This document shows, piece by piece, positions 1-9,545 of a DNA stretch of 64,000 bases (position 1 is its first letter; the number at the start of each line of letters is the position of its first letter). The notes beneath the pieces were generated by a model. The model was not told where the DNA came from and ran no database searches. It was given only the letters and a program-made list of their open reading frames with translations. The position numbers and the translations under genes were made by a program. This DNA comes from Acidobacteriota bacterium (GTDB lineage: Bacteria; Acidobacteriota; Vicinamibacteria; Marinacidobacterales; Marinacidobacteraceae). Where the stretch lies: assembly GCA_022826825.1 (NCBI GenBank), contig JAJDUD010000008.1, positions 11,643-75,642 of the forward strand. Direction: 5' to 3'.

Positions 1-287
1 CCCGTCCGCCCGCCGCCGTCGTTCCGGCGACCCCGGCGATGGAACGAACGGGGACCTGGGGCCTGCCGGTGGTGCTCCGGCGGCGCCTCTTTCCGGAGGT
101 GCTGGAGCTGTCGGCGACCCGGGCGGCGGAAGATGGGGGCCGCGACCGGGGCGCCGGCCGCGTCCTCGCGCGGCACCGCCCGGACGTGGCGGTCGTCCCG
201 GCCAGCGAGCGGGAGCTGCTCGACCTCGACGACTGGGAGAGCTACGAGCGGGCTCGGCAGCCTCCGCGAGCTGTTGCGGGCGGATGA
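1..287 (+). CDS. 3' fragment of an upstream gene running off the window start. Its stop overlaps the next gene's start as ATGA.
   Basis: Open frame reaches the window edge. The tail ELLDLDDWESYERARQ looks protein-like, and the 4-bp ATGA overlap with the 284 start suggests translational coupling. Confidence 0.25.
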   Translation, partial: RPPAAVVPATPAMERTGTWGLPVVLRRRLFPEVLELSATRAAEDGGRDRGAGRVLARHRPDVAVVPASERELLDLDDWESYERARQPPRAVAGG

Positions 288-991
288 CCCTTCCCCTCCC
301 CCACCCGGCCGCGCTCCTGCTCAGCTACGGCTCGGTGGGTGCGCTGCTGCTGGCCACGGAACTTCTCCGCCGCACCGGCAAGGTAGCGCCCGAAACGGCG
401 CGCAAGGCCGTCCACGTGGGGGTGGGCCTCTGGATTGTTCCCACGGTGTTCGTGTTCGCCGACTGGCGGGTGGCGGTCGTGCCGCCGCTCACCTTCCTGG
501 CGCTGAACTACCTCATCCACCGGTTCCGGCTGTCTCCTCTCGACAGCGACCCGGCGAACCTGGGCACGGTGTTCTTCCCCATCTCGTTCGCGGTGCTCCT
601 CGCCGTCTTCTTCCGGCCGGGGGAACCCGGAAACGAGGCCTTCCTCGCGGTGGCGGGACTCCTGACCATGGCGCTCGGGGACGCCGCCGCCGCGGTGTTC
701 GGGAAGCGCTACGGCACCCGCCGCTACACCATCCTCGGCCACTCGCGGACCATGGAAGGGAGCATGGCGATGTTCCTGGTCACGGGCGTGGTCATCGCCG
801 TGGTGCTCAACACGATGGCGGGCTACTCCTGGCATCCAGCGGTCGCCTTCGGCCTGGTGACCGGGACGGCGGCGGCGGGGATTGAAGCGGTATGCCCCTT
901 CGGCAGCGACAACCTCTTCGTGCCGCTCGGGACCGCGGGAATCCTCTGGGTCCTGGTCGAGGTGAGCGGGGCCGCATTGGGCGTGGGATGA
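284..991 (+). CDS. polytopic membrane protein of the CTP-dependent polyprenol (dolichol/phytol) kinase, CdsA-like superfamily
   Basis: Several hydrophobic segments. GDAAAAVFGKRYG...TMEGSMAMF resembles the conserved motif of the dolichol/phytol kinase family. No database search was run. Confidence 0.5.
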   Translation: MTLPLPHPAALLLSYGSVGALLLATELLRRTGKVAPETARKAVHVGVGLWIVPTVFVFADWRVAVVPPLTFLALNYLIHRFRLSPLDSDPANLGTVFFPISFAVLLAVFFRPGEPGNEAFLAVAGLLTMALGDAAAAVFGKRYGTRRYTILGHSRTMEGSMAMFLVTGVVIAVVLNTMAGYSWHPAVAFGLVTGTAAAGIEAVCPFGSDNLFVPLGTAGILWVLVEVSGAALGVG

Positions 992-1035
992 GCGCGGGGA
1001 CGCGGGGACACGGGACCCGGCGCTGAAGAAAGGGA

Positions 1036-1100
1036 TTTCGCTGCGCTTTGCGCAGCGGTGCCGGTCTGAAGACCGGCGTTCCCGGCCCGGCGGCGCCGTG
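1036..1100. repeat. short fragment of the dispersed palindromic repeat family (interior module)
   Basis: GCGCAGCGGTGCCGGTCTGAAGACCGGCGTTCC...GGCGGCGCC matches the interior GCGCAGCGCGTGCCGACCAGAGGTCGGCGTTCCAAGCCGGCGGCGCC of the copies at 9.3 and 52.2 kb. Confidence 0.4.
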
Positions 1101-1194
1101 CCGCGCCCCGAGCCGGATATGGTTCCCGGCGCGGAAGCGGCCGATGTCCATCATTTCCCTCGACAAAGGGCGCGCCCTCGGAGCGGAGGTGGCC

Positions 1195-2241
1195 CGGATG
1201 GCCTGGCGTTCGCTGCAGGTTGCCGCCGCCATCTCGGTCGTGGTCGTACCGTTCGGGTACAGCATTACCGGAGCGCACTCCGATGTCCTGATGGGCCTGC
1301 TCGCGGGAGTCGCCGTCGGGATCGGGCTCAACCTGCGGATGGGAGCGCAAAACGGCCGCTCCGTCGGCATCCTCATCGGCGTGACGGTGGGCATCGCGGC
1401 CGGACTGATCGCCGGCCTGATTCCGCAAAACCCCTGGGGTCAGCTCATCCCGCCCATCCTCGCCCTCGCCATCGGCCTGACGGACGGACTCGGCGAGACC
1501 CGGATTCGCGGCTACCGCGAAGCGTTCCATGAGGCGGCCCTCGTCTCGGGCCTCCTCGGGGCGGGCCTGTTGTTCGTGCCCGACGGCATCTTTGCGGCGG
1601 TGGGATGCGCCACGATGATTGCGCCGAACACCCTCATCGTCGGGTTCTTCAACCGGGACCACACGGGCAAGCGCTATACGCGGCCTCCGATCCTCCTGGT
1701 CGTCGCCTTCGTGGCCGTCTTCGCGGTGATCACGTACCTCGTCATGCACGAAGGTGGCCGGCACCGGTCCGTCGAGATCGGCCTCTTCTCCGCGTTCTGG
1801 TCTCTCGTGGTACTGCCGGTGCCGGTCTTCCTCGGCGCCCGGACCTTCGCGATCTGGGTGCAGCCGCGGCTGCGCCTCTACGTCCAGCTCGCCGACTACC
1901 TGCGGGTGATGTGGGTGCCGATCGGCGGCTTCGCCGTCGGCTACCTCGCGATCATCGTGATCTTCTCCGGGTTCTTCGGGATGCTCGAGCGCTTCGTCCC
2001 GGGGTCGTTCAGCAGCGCTGCCGGAGCGGGCGTGCTGGACTGGGTCTCGTTCTCCTTCTACTCGGCGATCGCCGACCCCAGTTCGGCGATCCGGGCGGTG
2101 TCGGGATTCGCCCGGTTCCTGGTCGGGATCCAGCTCGTCTTCTCCATCGGCTGGGCGCTCGTGGTGTTCGCAGCGGTCATGTCGGCCATCCAGCCGCAAC
2201 TGGACGCGATCTCACGCCGCCGCGCCAACAACGGCGAATAG
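1195..2241 (+). CDS. integral membrane protein of unknown function. The track start at 1048 lies inside a repeat, so a later start was chosen.
   Basis: Multiple TM helices through the ORF. The N-terminal extension in the track overlaps the repeat fragment at 1036-1100 and reads as low-complexity Arg/Pro. Confidence 0.45.
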   Translation, partial: RMAWRSLQVAAAISVVVVPFGYSITGAHSDVLMGLLAGVAVGIGLNLRMGAQNGRSVGILIGVTVGIAAGLIAGLIPQNPWGQLIPPILALAIGLTDGLGETRIRGYREAFHEAALVSGLLGAGLLFVPDGIFAAVGCATMIAPNTLIVGFFNRDHTGKRYTRPPILLVVAFVAVFAVITYLVMHEGGRHRSVEIGLFSAFWSLVVLPVPVFLGARTFAIWVQPRLRLYVQLADYLRVMWVPIGGFAVGYLAIIVIFSGFFGMLERFVPGSFSSAAGAGVLDWVSFSFYSAIADPSSAIRAVSGFARFLVGIQLVFSIGWALVVFAAVMSAIQPQLDAISRRRANNGE

Positions 2242-2244
2242 GCC

Positions 2245-3582
2245 TCAGCCCAGCGAGCGCGCGATCAGCGAGAGAGCGGTCCCCGCTTCCTCTTCGGTGA
2301 GCGACAGGTTCGGCCGCACCCGCACCGAGCGGGGGCCGCAGCCCAGGATCAGCAGCCGGTTCTCGTAGGCGCGGGCGAGGAACGCGTCCCGCTCCGCGGT
2401 GTCCGGAAGGTCGAACGCGCACATCAGCCCCCGCCCGCGGACGGAGGTCATCCGGCCGCCGGACTCCCGGGCCAGGTCGTGGAGGCCGGCGAGGATCACC
2501 CGGCCCACCCGCGCCGCGTTCCCGACCAGGTCCTCCTCCTCGATGATCTCGAGGTAGCGGCCGAAGCGGACCATGTCCACCAGGTTGCCCCCGAAGGTGG
2601 AGTTGATCCGGGACGGAAGCTGGAAGACGTTGTCGTCCACCTCGTCCACCCGGCGGCTCGCGAGGATGCCGCAGACCTGGGTCTTCTTGCCGAAGACCAA
2701 CACGTCGGGCTCCACGCCGAAGTGCTGGTGGCACCACATCCGGCCGGTCATCCCCACCCCGGTCTGCACCTCGTCGAAGATGAGCAGGAACTCGTGCTCG
2801 TCGGCGAGCCGGCGCAGCGCCTCGAAGAACTCCCGCCGGAAGTGGAGGTCGCCCCCCTCCCCCTGGATGGGCTCGATGATGAGGCCGGCGATGTCGTCGG
2901 GGTGGGCGGCGACCGCGGCTTCGATGGCGGCGATCGCCCGCGCCTCCGCGGCTTCGGTCTCGGCCAGGTGCTCGGCCTCGGGAAACCGGATGTAGGGGTT
3001 CTCGATGCGCGGCCAGTCGAACCTGGGGAAGTAGGCCACCTTCATCGGTTCGGTGTTGGTGAGGGAGAGCGTGTAACCGCTGCGCCCGTGGAAGGCCTGC
3101 CGGAAGTGGATGATCTGGCTACCCCGCTCGCCCTTCCCGGCAGCGAGGTTCTTTCGCACCTTCCAGTCGAACGCGGTCTTGAGCGCGTTCCCGACCGCCA
3201 CCGCTCCGCCCGCGATGAAGAAGGCATGCGGCAGGCTCTCCGGAATGGCGAGCCGGGAGAACGTGTCCACGAACCGCGCCATCTCGACGGTGTAGAAGTC
3301 GGAGTTCGACGGGTTGTGGACCGCCACCCGGCCGAGCCGCTCGACGAAGGCCGGGTCCCGGACCCCCGGGTGGTTGTGGCCGATCGGGTTCGTCGCGAAA
3401 TAGGAGAAGCAGTCGAGGAAGTCCCGTCCGGTGCGGGCGCAGCGCATCCACGCGCCGTGACTTTCTTCGAGATCGAGGACGAGATCGAGTCCGTCGGTGA
3501 TGAGGTGCCGGCGGAGGATGCCGTGGACCTCGGCGGGGCCCGGATCCCGGGTAACGCCAGCGGCAATCGAACTCACGGTCAT
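2245..3582 (-). CDS. lat: class III PLP aminotransferase, L-lysine 6-aminotransferase-like
   Basis: 446 aa from the internal ATG (MTVSS...). Contains DEVQTGVGMTGRMW and FGKKTQVCG, typical of lysine epsilon-aminotransferases. The upstream 102 codons in the track are Arg/Pro-rich and judged not real. Confidence 0.65.
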   Translation of the reverse strand: MTVSSIAAGVTRDPGPAEVHGILRRHLITDGLDLVLDLEESHGAWMRCARTGRDFLDCFSYFATNPIGHNHPGVRDPAFVERLGRVAVHNPSNSDFYTVEMARFVDTFSRLAIPESLPHAFFIAGGAVAVGNALKTAFDWKVRKNLAAGKGERGSQIIHFRQAFHGRSGYTLSLTNTEPMKVAYFPRFDWPRIENPYIRFPEAEHLAETEAAEARAIAAIEAAVAAHPDDIAGLIIEPIQGEGGDLHFRREFFEALRRLADEHEFLLIFDEVQTGVGMTGRMWCHQHFGVEPDVLVFGKKTQVCGILASRRVDEVDDNVFQLPSRINSTFGGNLVDMVRFGRYLEIIEEEDLVGNAARVGRVILAGLHDLARESGGRMTSVRGRGLMCAFDLPDTAERDAFLARAYENRLLILGCGPRSVRVRPNLSLTEEEAGTALSLIARSLG

Positions 3583-3689
3583 GCCGGAAGCGTACCAAGC
3601 GCCGGCCCGGCGTTCTGATCTGGACAGGGTGACGGGAAACCACCCCGGACGAGAGTCAGTCGCCGGTTGAGGTTCGGCCGAATCTGCGA

Positions 3690-4316
3690 CTAAGCCGATT
3701 CCCGCTTCGAGAGGTCGAGATCGTGCTGCTTTCGGGGCAGGGCGAGTTCGTGGCCCTCCCGCGACGGCTCCAGATACGTGATGGACCAGTAGAAGTCGTC
3801 CAGTGGAACGAAGATTCCGTTCTCTTCGGCCCACTCGCGCATTCGTGGATTGCAGGCATGCGCCCAGGAGAGGATTTCGACTCTCCAATCACGCCGATGC
3901 ATCCTCTCGAGCGTACTGTGGAAACCGGAACCTTCGAGGTACCCCGCACCATCCCCCGTGAGCAGCACAACTGTCCCGGGATCGCCGTTGTGATCGAGCG
4001 CATCCTCCAGCATCTTCAATTGAAGATAACGGTCCGGGACTTCCTGCTCTCCGCGCGCCTGCTCCCCCCGATCGAAGAGTGAAACCTCGACACCCAAGCC
4101 CTCAATCCGGTTCCAGAGTTGGCGCAGTTCGGGCGGGACCGAGCCGGCGGCGACTGCCCGGGCGACCTCCCGGTCGGCGTGAGCGAGGCGAAACAGATTC
4201 TCGAAATGGACGCGCACGCGATAGCGCGCATCGGGACCCGCCTCCCGCTCCTCGGCGTGGCGCCGTGCCTCGATGAAGATGTTCGAGTTGTCCCAATAGA
4301 CAAAGACCGAGTTCAT
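3690..4316 (-). CDS. NYN-domain (LabA-like, PIN-related) predicted RNase
   Basis: N-terminal VFVYWDNSNIF and overall length are typical of NYN/LabA-like proteins. Confidence 0.55.
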   Translation of the reverse strand: MNSVFVYWDNSNIFIEARRHAEEREAGPDARYRVRVHFENLFRLAHADREVARAVAAGSVPPELRQLWNRIEGLGVEVSLFDRGEQARGEQEVPDRYLQLKMLEDALDHNGDPGTVVLLTGDGAGYLEGSGFHSTLERMHRRDWRVEILSWAHACNPRMREWAEENGIFVPLDDFYWSITYLEPSREGHELALPRKQHDLDLSKRESA

Positions 4317-4396
4317 CGTCGCGATTCGCCTCCTGCCCCGTGTGGACGGCGCAGCCTAGCGCAGGGTGCACCCATCCCCAATAGACTCCGGTGGAT

Positions 4397-5330
4397 GGAG
4401 GAGCGCGTGGCACGACTGTTCGTCGCCACGGCTTTGCTGTTCGGCGTTCCGGCCGGGGCGGCTGACGACGACGACCTGCCGCTCGTCGTCGAAGTGCGGG
4501 TCTTCGAGGTCCGGCGTCTGAACTCGGACTTCTCCCCGATCGAGGACCTGTCGTTCCTCGTGAACACCGATGGCTCTTCGGTCCAGGTCTCGGAATGGCT
4601 TGCGACCCTCGCCCGCCGGATCCCGGACGCCTACTTCGCCCAGCTTCTGACGTTGGGACCGGCGCCCGCCGAATCGGAAGCAGGCTGGACAGTCCGTCGG
4701 CGGGACGGGAGGCGAGCCATCCGGGCGCGATTCAGGCCGGTGCCTGACGAACCCCCATCAGCGGGTGAGCCGGCGGACGCTCCGGAGACGGGGAGACCGG
4801 AATCCCGCTTCCGGCTGGACTTCGACCTGCTCCGCGGCGGCGCCTCCGCCCAGCAGATCAGCGTGCAGAGCGCCATCGAACCCGGAATGACCCGGATGGT
4901 GAGCGGCCTCGACTTCGAAATCACGCTCAGCCGGTATCTCTCCTGGTTCCGCGAACCGGGCGACCTCCCCGCCCGGGAAGAACTCTACGAGAGCATCCGG
5001 GACCAGAACGTCTACCTGGCCTTCGGAATCACGTTCCGCCGCCAGGACCCCGCCCCGGCCCTCCCCGTGCGCCTCGAGCCACCCGAGGAACCGCGGTTCC
5101 GGGAGCTCCGCTCACCGCTCGTCGGGAACGCGGAGGGAACCCTGCGGCTCCGGGTGCACCTCGACGACCAGGGTCAGGTCGCCCACACCGAGATCCTCGA
5201 AACCACCCTCCCCGAAGTCACGCCGCGGGTCCTCGGCATCGTGTTCGGATGGCGCTTCCCGCACGCCGCGGGACGGGAGGGCCGGCTGTTCTTCCCGGTA
5301 CGGACCGTGCGGTTCGTTCCCTCCGGCTGA
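4397..5330 (+). CDS. secreted hypothetical protein, possibly with a TonB-C-like C-terminal domain
   Basis: Start moved to MEERVARLFVATALLFGVPAGAADDDD, a signal-peptide-like sequence. The upstream track portion is Arg/Gly junk. C-terminus ...LGIVFGWRFPHAA...FFPVRTVRF. Confidence 0.4.
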
Positions 5331-5414
5331 CGCGCTCCGCCCCCTCGCTTGCCGAGCGCGCGAAGGGTCTGGTACAAGGTTCCGTTCCGTTCCGTTCCTC
5401 AAGGAGAGACATTC

Positions 5415-7082
5415 ATGACTTCCCGTACGCGTTGTATCTGTAGGCGGGCTGCGCTGGGCGCGGCCCTCCTCGCTCTCGCAGCCCCCCTAGCCATTGCCCA
5501 GTCGGGCGGTCTCGGCACCATCGACTTCCCGAACTCCGGCAACGAGGCGGCCCAGAAGGACTTCCTCGACGGCGTCCGCCTCCTCCACAGTTTCGAGTGG
5601 GAGGACGCCGCCGAGGCCTTCCAGCGCGCCCAGGCCGCCGACCCGGACTTCGCGCTCGCCTACTGGGGGGAAGCGCTCAGCCATAGCGGTGGTCACCACT
5701 ATCCGCCGGGGCAGGACATGTCGAAGGCCCGGGAAGCGCTGCTGAAGCTCGCCAAGACGCGCGCGGAGCGGGTCGCGAAAGCGCCGACCGACCGTGAGAA
5801 GCAATATCTGGAGTCCGTACACATCCTCTATGGACCCGGCGACGTTCTGGAACGGAGCGAGGGCTACGAGCAGGCGCTCGCGAAGCTCTCGGCCGACTAT
5901 CCCGACGACCTCGAAGCCGCCGCGTTCCACTCGCTGGCCCTGATGCGCACCAAGGTGCGGGGCAAGGAGAGCCTGCGGGTGGACATGCGCGCGGGCGCCA
6001 TCGCCCAGCGGGTGTTCCGCGAGAACCCCGACCATCCGGGCGCCGCGCACTACGTGATCCACGCCTTCGACAACCCGGTGCAGGCCCCGGTGGCGCTCTA
6101 CGCCGCCGAGAAGTACGCGGATATCGCCCCGGCGGCGGTACACGCGCTCCACATGCCCTCGCACATCTTCGTGCAGCACGGGATGTGGGACCAGGTGCGC
6201 AGCCTCAACGACCGCTCCTACCAGGCCTCGGTGGCCCGGGCCGAGCGCAAGGGACTCTCCCCGGCGCGCTACTCGTACCACGCGCTCTACTGGCTCCTCT
6301 ACGCCTACCTCGAGGAAGGCCGCTATGACGACGGCCAGGACCTGCTCGACGAGTTCGAGGAGCTCACCAAGCGCGACGAGATGACCTCCGGAATGAAGGA
6401 GACCTGGATGCGCATGGACGCGCTGAACACCGTCGAGACCCGCCGCTGGAAGCCCCAGCCGGTGGACGACCTGGTGGCGCAACTGGGCAGCGAGGAGCCG
6501 CAGGTCGGCCATCGCACCGCGGGAGCGATGCTCTATGCGCGCGGAGCGAGCGCCGCCGAGACCGGCGACGTGGACACCGCGATGAAGGCGCACGAGGGAC
6601 TGACGAAGATCCACGAGATGCTCGCCAGCGACGAGAACCCGCGCGGCGCCGAACAGGCGCTCGTGATGGCGCACGAGATGGCTGGCCTCATCGCCAAGGC
6701 GAAGGGCGACAAGGACGGAGCGATCGCCGCCTTCCGCAAGGCGGTGATGGTCGCGGAGAGCATGGAACCGCCCTCCGGCCCGCCGGGCGAATCCCCGATC
6801 GACGCGCCCATCCAGCCGGCCCACGAACTCCTGGGTGACATGCTGCTGGACACGGGCAGCGCGGAAGAAGCCCTCGCGGTCTTCGAGACCTCACTGGAGC
6901 GGACCGCCAAGCGGCCCCACTCGCTCTACGGCGCGGCGCGCGCCGCAGCCGCCATCGGTGACGAGGAAGCGGCGGCCGACTACTACGAGCAGCTCCTGGC
7001 GACCCCGGAGCGGGGCCCGGATCTTCCCGGTCTGGAGGCCGCCGAGGCTGCAATCGGCGACACAACGACGGAACAGAACTAG
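5415..7082 (+). CDS. secreted TPR-like repeat protein
   Basis: AAGGAG lies 7 nt upstream of ATG (MTSRTRC...). Signal peptide ALLALAAPLAIAQ. Alpha-helical, Ala/Glu-rich repeats along the whole length. Confidence 0.5.
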   Translation: MTSRTRCICRRAALGAALLALAAPLAIAQSGGLGTIDFPNSGNEAAQKDFLDGVRLLHSFEWEDAAEAFQRAQAADPDFALAYWGEALSHSGGHHYPPGQDMSKAREALLKLAKTRAERVAKAPTDREKQYLESVHILYGPGDVLERSEGYEQALAKLSADYPDDLEAAAFHSLALMRTKVRGKESLRVDMRAGAIAQRVFRENPDHPGAAHYVIHAFDNPVQAPVALYAAEKYADIAPAAVHALHMPSHIFVQHGMWDQVRSLNDRSYQASVARAERKGLSPARYSYHALYWLLYAYLEEGRYDDGQDLLDEFEELTKRDEMTSGMKETWMRMDALNTVETRRWKPQPVDDLVAQLGSEEPQVGHRTAGAMLYARGASAAETGDVDTAMKAHEGLTKIHEMLASDENPRGAEQALVMAHEMAGLIAKAKGDKDGAIAAFRKAVMVAESMEPPSGPPGESPIDAPIQPAHELLGDMLLDTGSAEEALAVFETSLERTAKRPHSLYGAARAAAAIGDEEAAADYYEQLLATPERGPDLPGLEAAEAAIGDTTTEQN

Positions 7083-7097
7083 GACGGATACCGAGAA

Positions 7098-7133
7098 GGG
7101 GGCGGCCGCGCTTCGCGGCCGCCCCTGTTTTCG
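7098..7133 (+). terminator. bidirectional rho-independent terminator between convergent genes
   Basis: GGGGGCGGCCGCGCTTCGCGGCCGCCCC hairpin followed by TGTTTTCGG, sited between the stop of the 5415-7082 gene and the stop of the 7147-7836 gene. Confidence 0.55.
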
Positions 7134-7146
7134 GTGCGGCGGGCGG

Positions 7147-7836
7147 TTATTCGTCGCCGCCGAGCAGGCCCGAGCGAAGCAGGTAGTACAGCAGGGTCAC
7201 GACGCCGGTGAGCGCGGCGGCCACGTAGGTCATCGCGGCGGCGCTCAGGACCCTGGACACCCCGCGGCGTTCGCCGGGGGTGATCAGACCCGTGTCCCAG
7301 ACGAGCGCCTTCGCCCGCCGCGAGGCGTTCAGCTCCACGGGGAGCGTCACCACCTGGAAGAGCACCACCAGCGAGAAGAGCGCGATCCCGAGCTGGACGA
7401 GCCCGAAGGCGCCGAGCAGGAAGCCGCCGAGCAGCAGGATCCAGGAGACGCTGGAAGCGAAGCTCGCCGGCCGGGCGAGCACCTGGCGGAACATCAGCGG
7501 CTGGTAGCCGCTGTGGTGCTGCACGGCGTGCCCCACCTCGTGGGCGGCCACCGCCACCGCTCCCACGGTCCGTCCGCTGTACACCTCGGGCGAGAGCCGG
7601 AGCACCCGGACCCGCGGGTCATAGTGGTCGGAGAGCGCCCCGGGATGCTGTTCCACCGGGATGTGGATTCCCTGCCGCCGAAGCAGCAGCTCGGCGGTTT
7701 CCCGACCGCTGCGCCCGCTCGAGACCGGCACCCGGTTGTAACGGGCGAAGGTGCGCTTGACCTTGAACGTCGCCCACAGGGTGAGGGCGATGGCCGGGGC
7801 CAGCATGATGAAGTAGAGGGGATCGAAGAAGAACAT
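7147..7836 (-). CDS. membrane-associated zinc metallopeptidase, COG2738/YpfJ-like
   Basis: Internal start MFFFDPLYFIM matches the canonical N-terminus of this family. HEXXH present as HEVGHAVQH, with C-terminal TM segments. Confidence 0.65.
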   Translation of the reverse strand: MFFFDPLYFIMLAPAIALTLWATFKVKRTFARYNRVPVSSGRSGRETAELLLRRQGIHIPVEQHPGALSDHYDPRVRVLRLSPEVYSGRTVGAVAVAAHEVGHAVQHHSGYQPLMFRQVLARPASFASSVSWILLLGGFLLGAFGLVQLGIALFSLVVLFQVVTLPVELNASRRAKALVWDTGLITPGERRGVSRVLSAAAMTYVAAALTGVVTLLYYLLRSGLLGGDE

Positions 7837-7874
7837 GGAGAGTTGATCGGGCTCCGCGAGAGAATGAACGCCGT

Positions 7875-9170
7875 ATGGACATAACACTAGACGCCGACAC
7901 GAAGTTCCCCAACCCGGAGGACCCCGGCGTAGCGCCCCTGGCCATCAACGCCGGACGCCTCCGCGATTCGCTCGTCGCGCTCTCCCGCTTCGGCGCGCAC
8001 CCCGGCGGCGGCGCCCACCGGTTCGCCTTTTCGAAGGAAGAACTCGCGGCCCGCGCCTGGATCACCGGCGAGATGGAAGGCGCCGGACTCAGGGTGCGCA
8101 CCGACCCCGCCGGCAACCTCTTCGGCCGGCGCGAGGGCAAGGAGCCCCTGCCCGCCATCCTCTTCGGGTCCCACCTCGACACCGTGCCCCAGGGCGGCCA
8201 CTACGACGGAACCCTCGGCGTCCTGGGAGCGCTCGAGGTGCTGCGGGCCCTCGGCGAGCAACGGATCGAGACCCGCCACCCGCTCGAAATGGTCGTCTGG
8301 TGCGACGAGGAGGGCGCCCATTTCGGGAACGGCCTCTTCGGGAGCCGGGCGGCGACCGGGGCCGTCCACGACGGCGAACTGGACCGGGTGGGCGAAGACG
8401 GACTCAGCCTCCACGAATGGATCGAGCGCTACGGCCTCGATCCCCGAGCGCTGGAGCGCGCCGTCCTCGACCCGCGAAAGATCCGGGCCGCCTTCGAGCT
8501 CCACATCGAGCAGGGCGGGAACCTGGAACGGGAAGGCTGCAGGATCGCGGTGGTGGAAGGCATCGTCGGGATCCACCGTTTCGAAGTGAACGTCGGCGGA
8601 TTCCAGAACCACGCCGGAACCACCCCGATGGCCGAACGGAAGGACGCCATGCTCAGCGCCGCGCACCTGATCGTCGCCGTCCACGAGGAGATCCGCGCCC
8701 TGCCGGGCGACCAGGTCGGCAACGTCGGCCAGCTCGCCGTCTCGCCGGACGCCGCCAACGTGGTGCCGGGCGCCGTCCGGTTCCCGATCGAACTGCGGGA
8801 CCTGAAGGACGAGGTGGTGGACGACATCATCGAGCGGATCGGCGCGCGGGGCGCCCGGCTGGCGAAGGAGACGGGCTGCACCGTCGGGATCCACCGGACG
8901 CTCCGCGAGCCGCCCGCCGACATGGATCCCGGGCTGCGGGCGCTCCTCTACAAGGTCGCGCGGGAGGCGGGACACGAGCCGCTGTCGCTCCCGAGCCGCG
9001 CCGGGCACGACGCCCAGAACACGGCCCGCCACGGCATCCCCACGGCGATGATCTTCGTCCCGAGCCGGGCCGGGATCAGCCACTCCCCCGAGGAATGGAC
9101 GTCCTGGGAAGACTGCGCCCAGGGCGTGGACCTCCTCCGCCGCGCGGTCCTCGCGGTGGATGGGGCGTAG
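7875..9170 (+). CDS. M20-family Zn-dependent amidohydrolase, allantoate amidohydrolase or N-carbamoyl-L-amino-acid hydrolase type
   Basis: GSHLDTVPQGGHYDG and CDEEGAHFG metal-binding motifs. 431 aa is typical of AmaB/HyuC/AllC enzymes. Confidence 0.7.
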   Translation: MDITLDADTKFPNPEDPGVAPLAINAGRLRDSLVALSRFGAHPGGGAHRFAFSKEELAARAWITGEMEGAGLRVRTDPAGNLFGRREGKEPLPAILFGSHLDTVPQGGHYDGTLGVLGALEVLRALGEQRIETRHPLEMVVWCDEEGAHFGNGLFGSRAATGAVHDGELDRVGEDGLSLHEWIERYGLDPRALERAVLDPRKIRAAFELHIEQGGNLEREGCRIAVVEGIVGIHRFEVNVGGFQNHAGTTPMAERKDAMLSAAHLIVAVHEEIRALPGDQVGNVGQLAVSPDAANVVPGAVRFPIELRDLKDEVVDDIIERIGARGARLAKETGCTVGIHRTLREPPADMDPGLRALLYKVAREAGHEPLSLPSRAGHDAQNTARHGIPTAMIFVPSRAGISHSPEEWTSWEDCAQGVDLLRRAVLAVDGA

Positions 9171-9545
9171 GGAGCGCCAGTCTCCAGACTGGCATCGCGG
9201 CCGCAGGCCGCGAAACGCCCATGTCCGCGTCCTGCTGCACACCCCGCCGGGCATGAGAATGGCGGAAACGGCCTGGAACGCCGACCTCCGGTCGGCACAG
9301 CGGGCCGAAGGCCCGCGGGCGACGGGCCGCTATTCCCCTTGGGCGACAGAGATCCGGGAGCATCTCCTCGGCCCAGTTGCACCGCGAGAGAGGAGCATCC
9401 CGCAGGTCAGCGCCCCGCCGTGCGCTGCGCAGTCGCGCAGCGCGTGCCGACCAGAGGTCGGCGTTCCAAGCCGGCGGCGCCACCAGGGCGCGTTGGCCGA
9501 CGCGTCGGACCGCATTTTCACAACAACTGGTGAAGAGCGGCGCTC
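9171..9545. mobile_element. composite MITE-like palindromic repeat (inverted-repeat end plus B-module), a near-duplicate of 51990-52310
   Basis: Begins GGGAGCGCCAGTCTCCAGACTGGCATCGCGGCCGCAGGCCGCGAAAC straight after the TAG stop. The interior ...GCGGAAACGGCCTGGAACGCCGACCTCCGGTCGGCACAGCGGGCCGAAGGCCCGCGG...GCATTTTCACAACAACTGG aligns with 51990-52310. Confidence 0.6.

Noticed and set aside
1048-1194. N-terminal extension of the 1048-2241 ORF
   Set aside because: It overlaps a copy of the dispersed palindromic repeat and is Pro/Arg-rich. A later start at 1195 is more plausible.
823-2199. 458-aa minus-strand ORF antisense to the membrane-protein gene (similar cases: 5487-6824, 9552-10835, 53202-55838, 54706-57417, 57953-60229, 31733-32620, 38741-40579)
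   Set aside because: These are Arg/Gly/Pro/Asp-rich low-complexity translations opposite, or out of frame with, well-supported genes. Long spurious ORFs are expected at 70% GC.
2245-3888. Full 547-aa extent of the aminotransferase ORF
   Set aside because: The first 102 codons are Arg/Pro-rich and precede a good internal ATG that gives a canonical ~446-aa class III aminotransferase.
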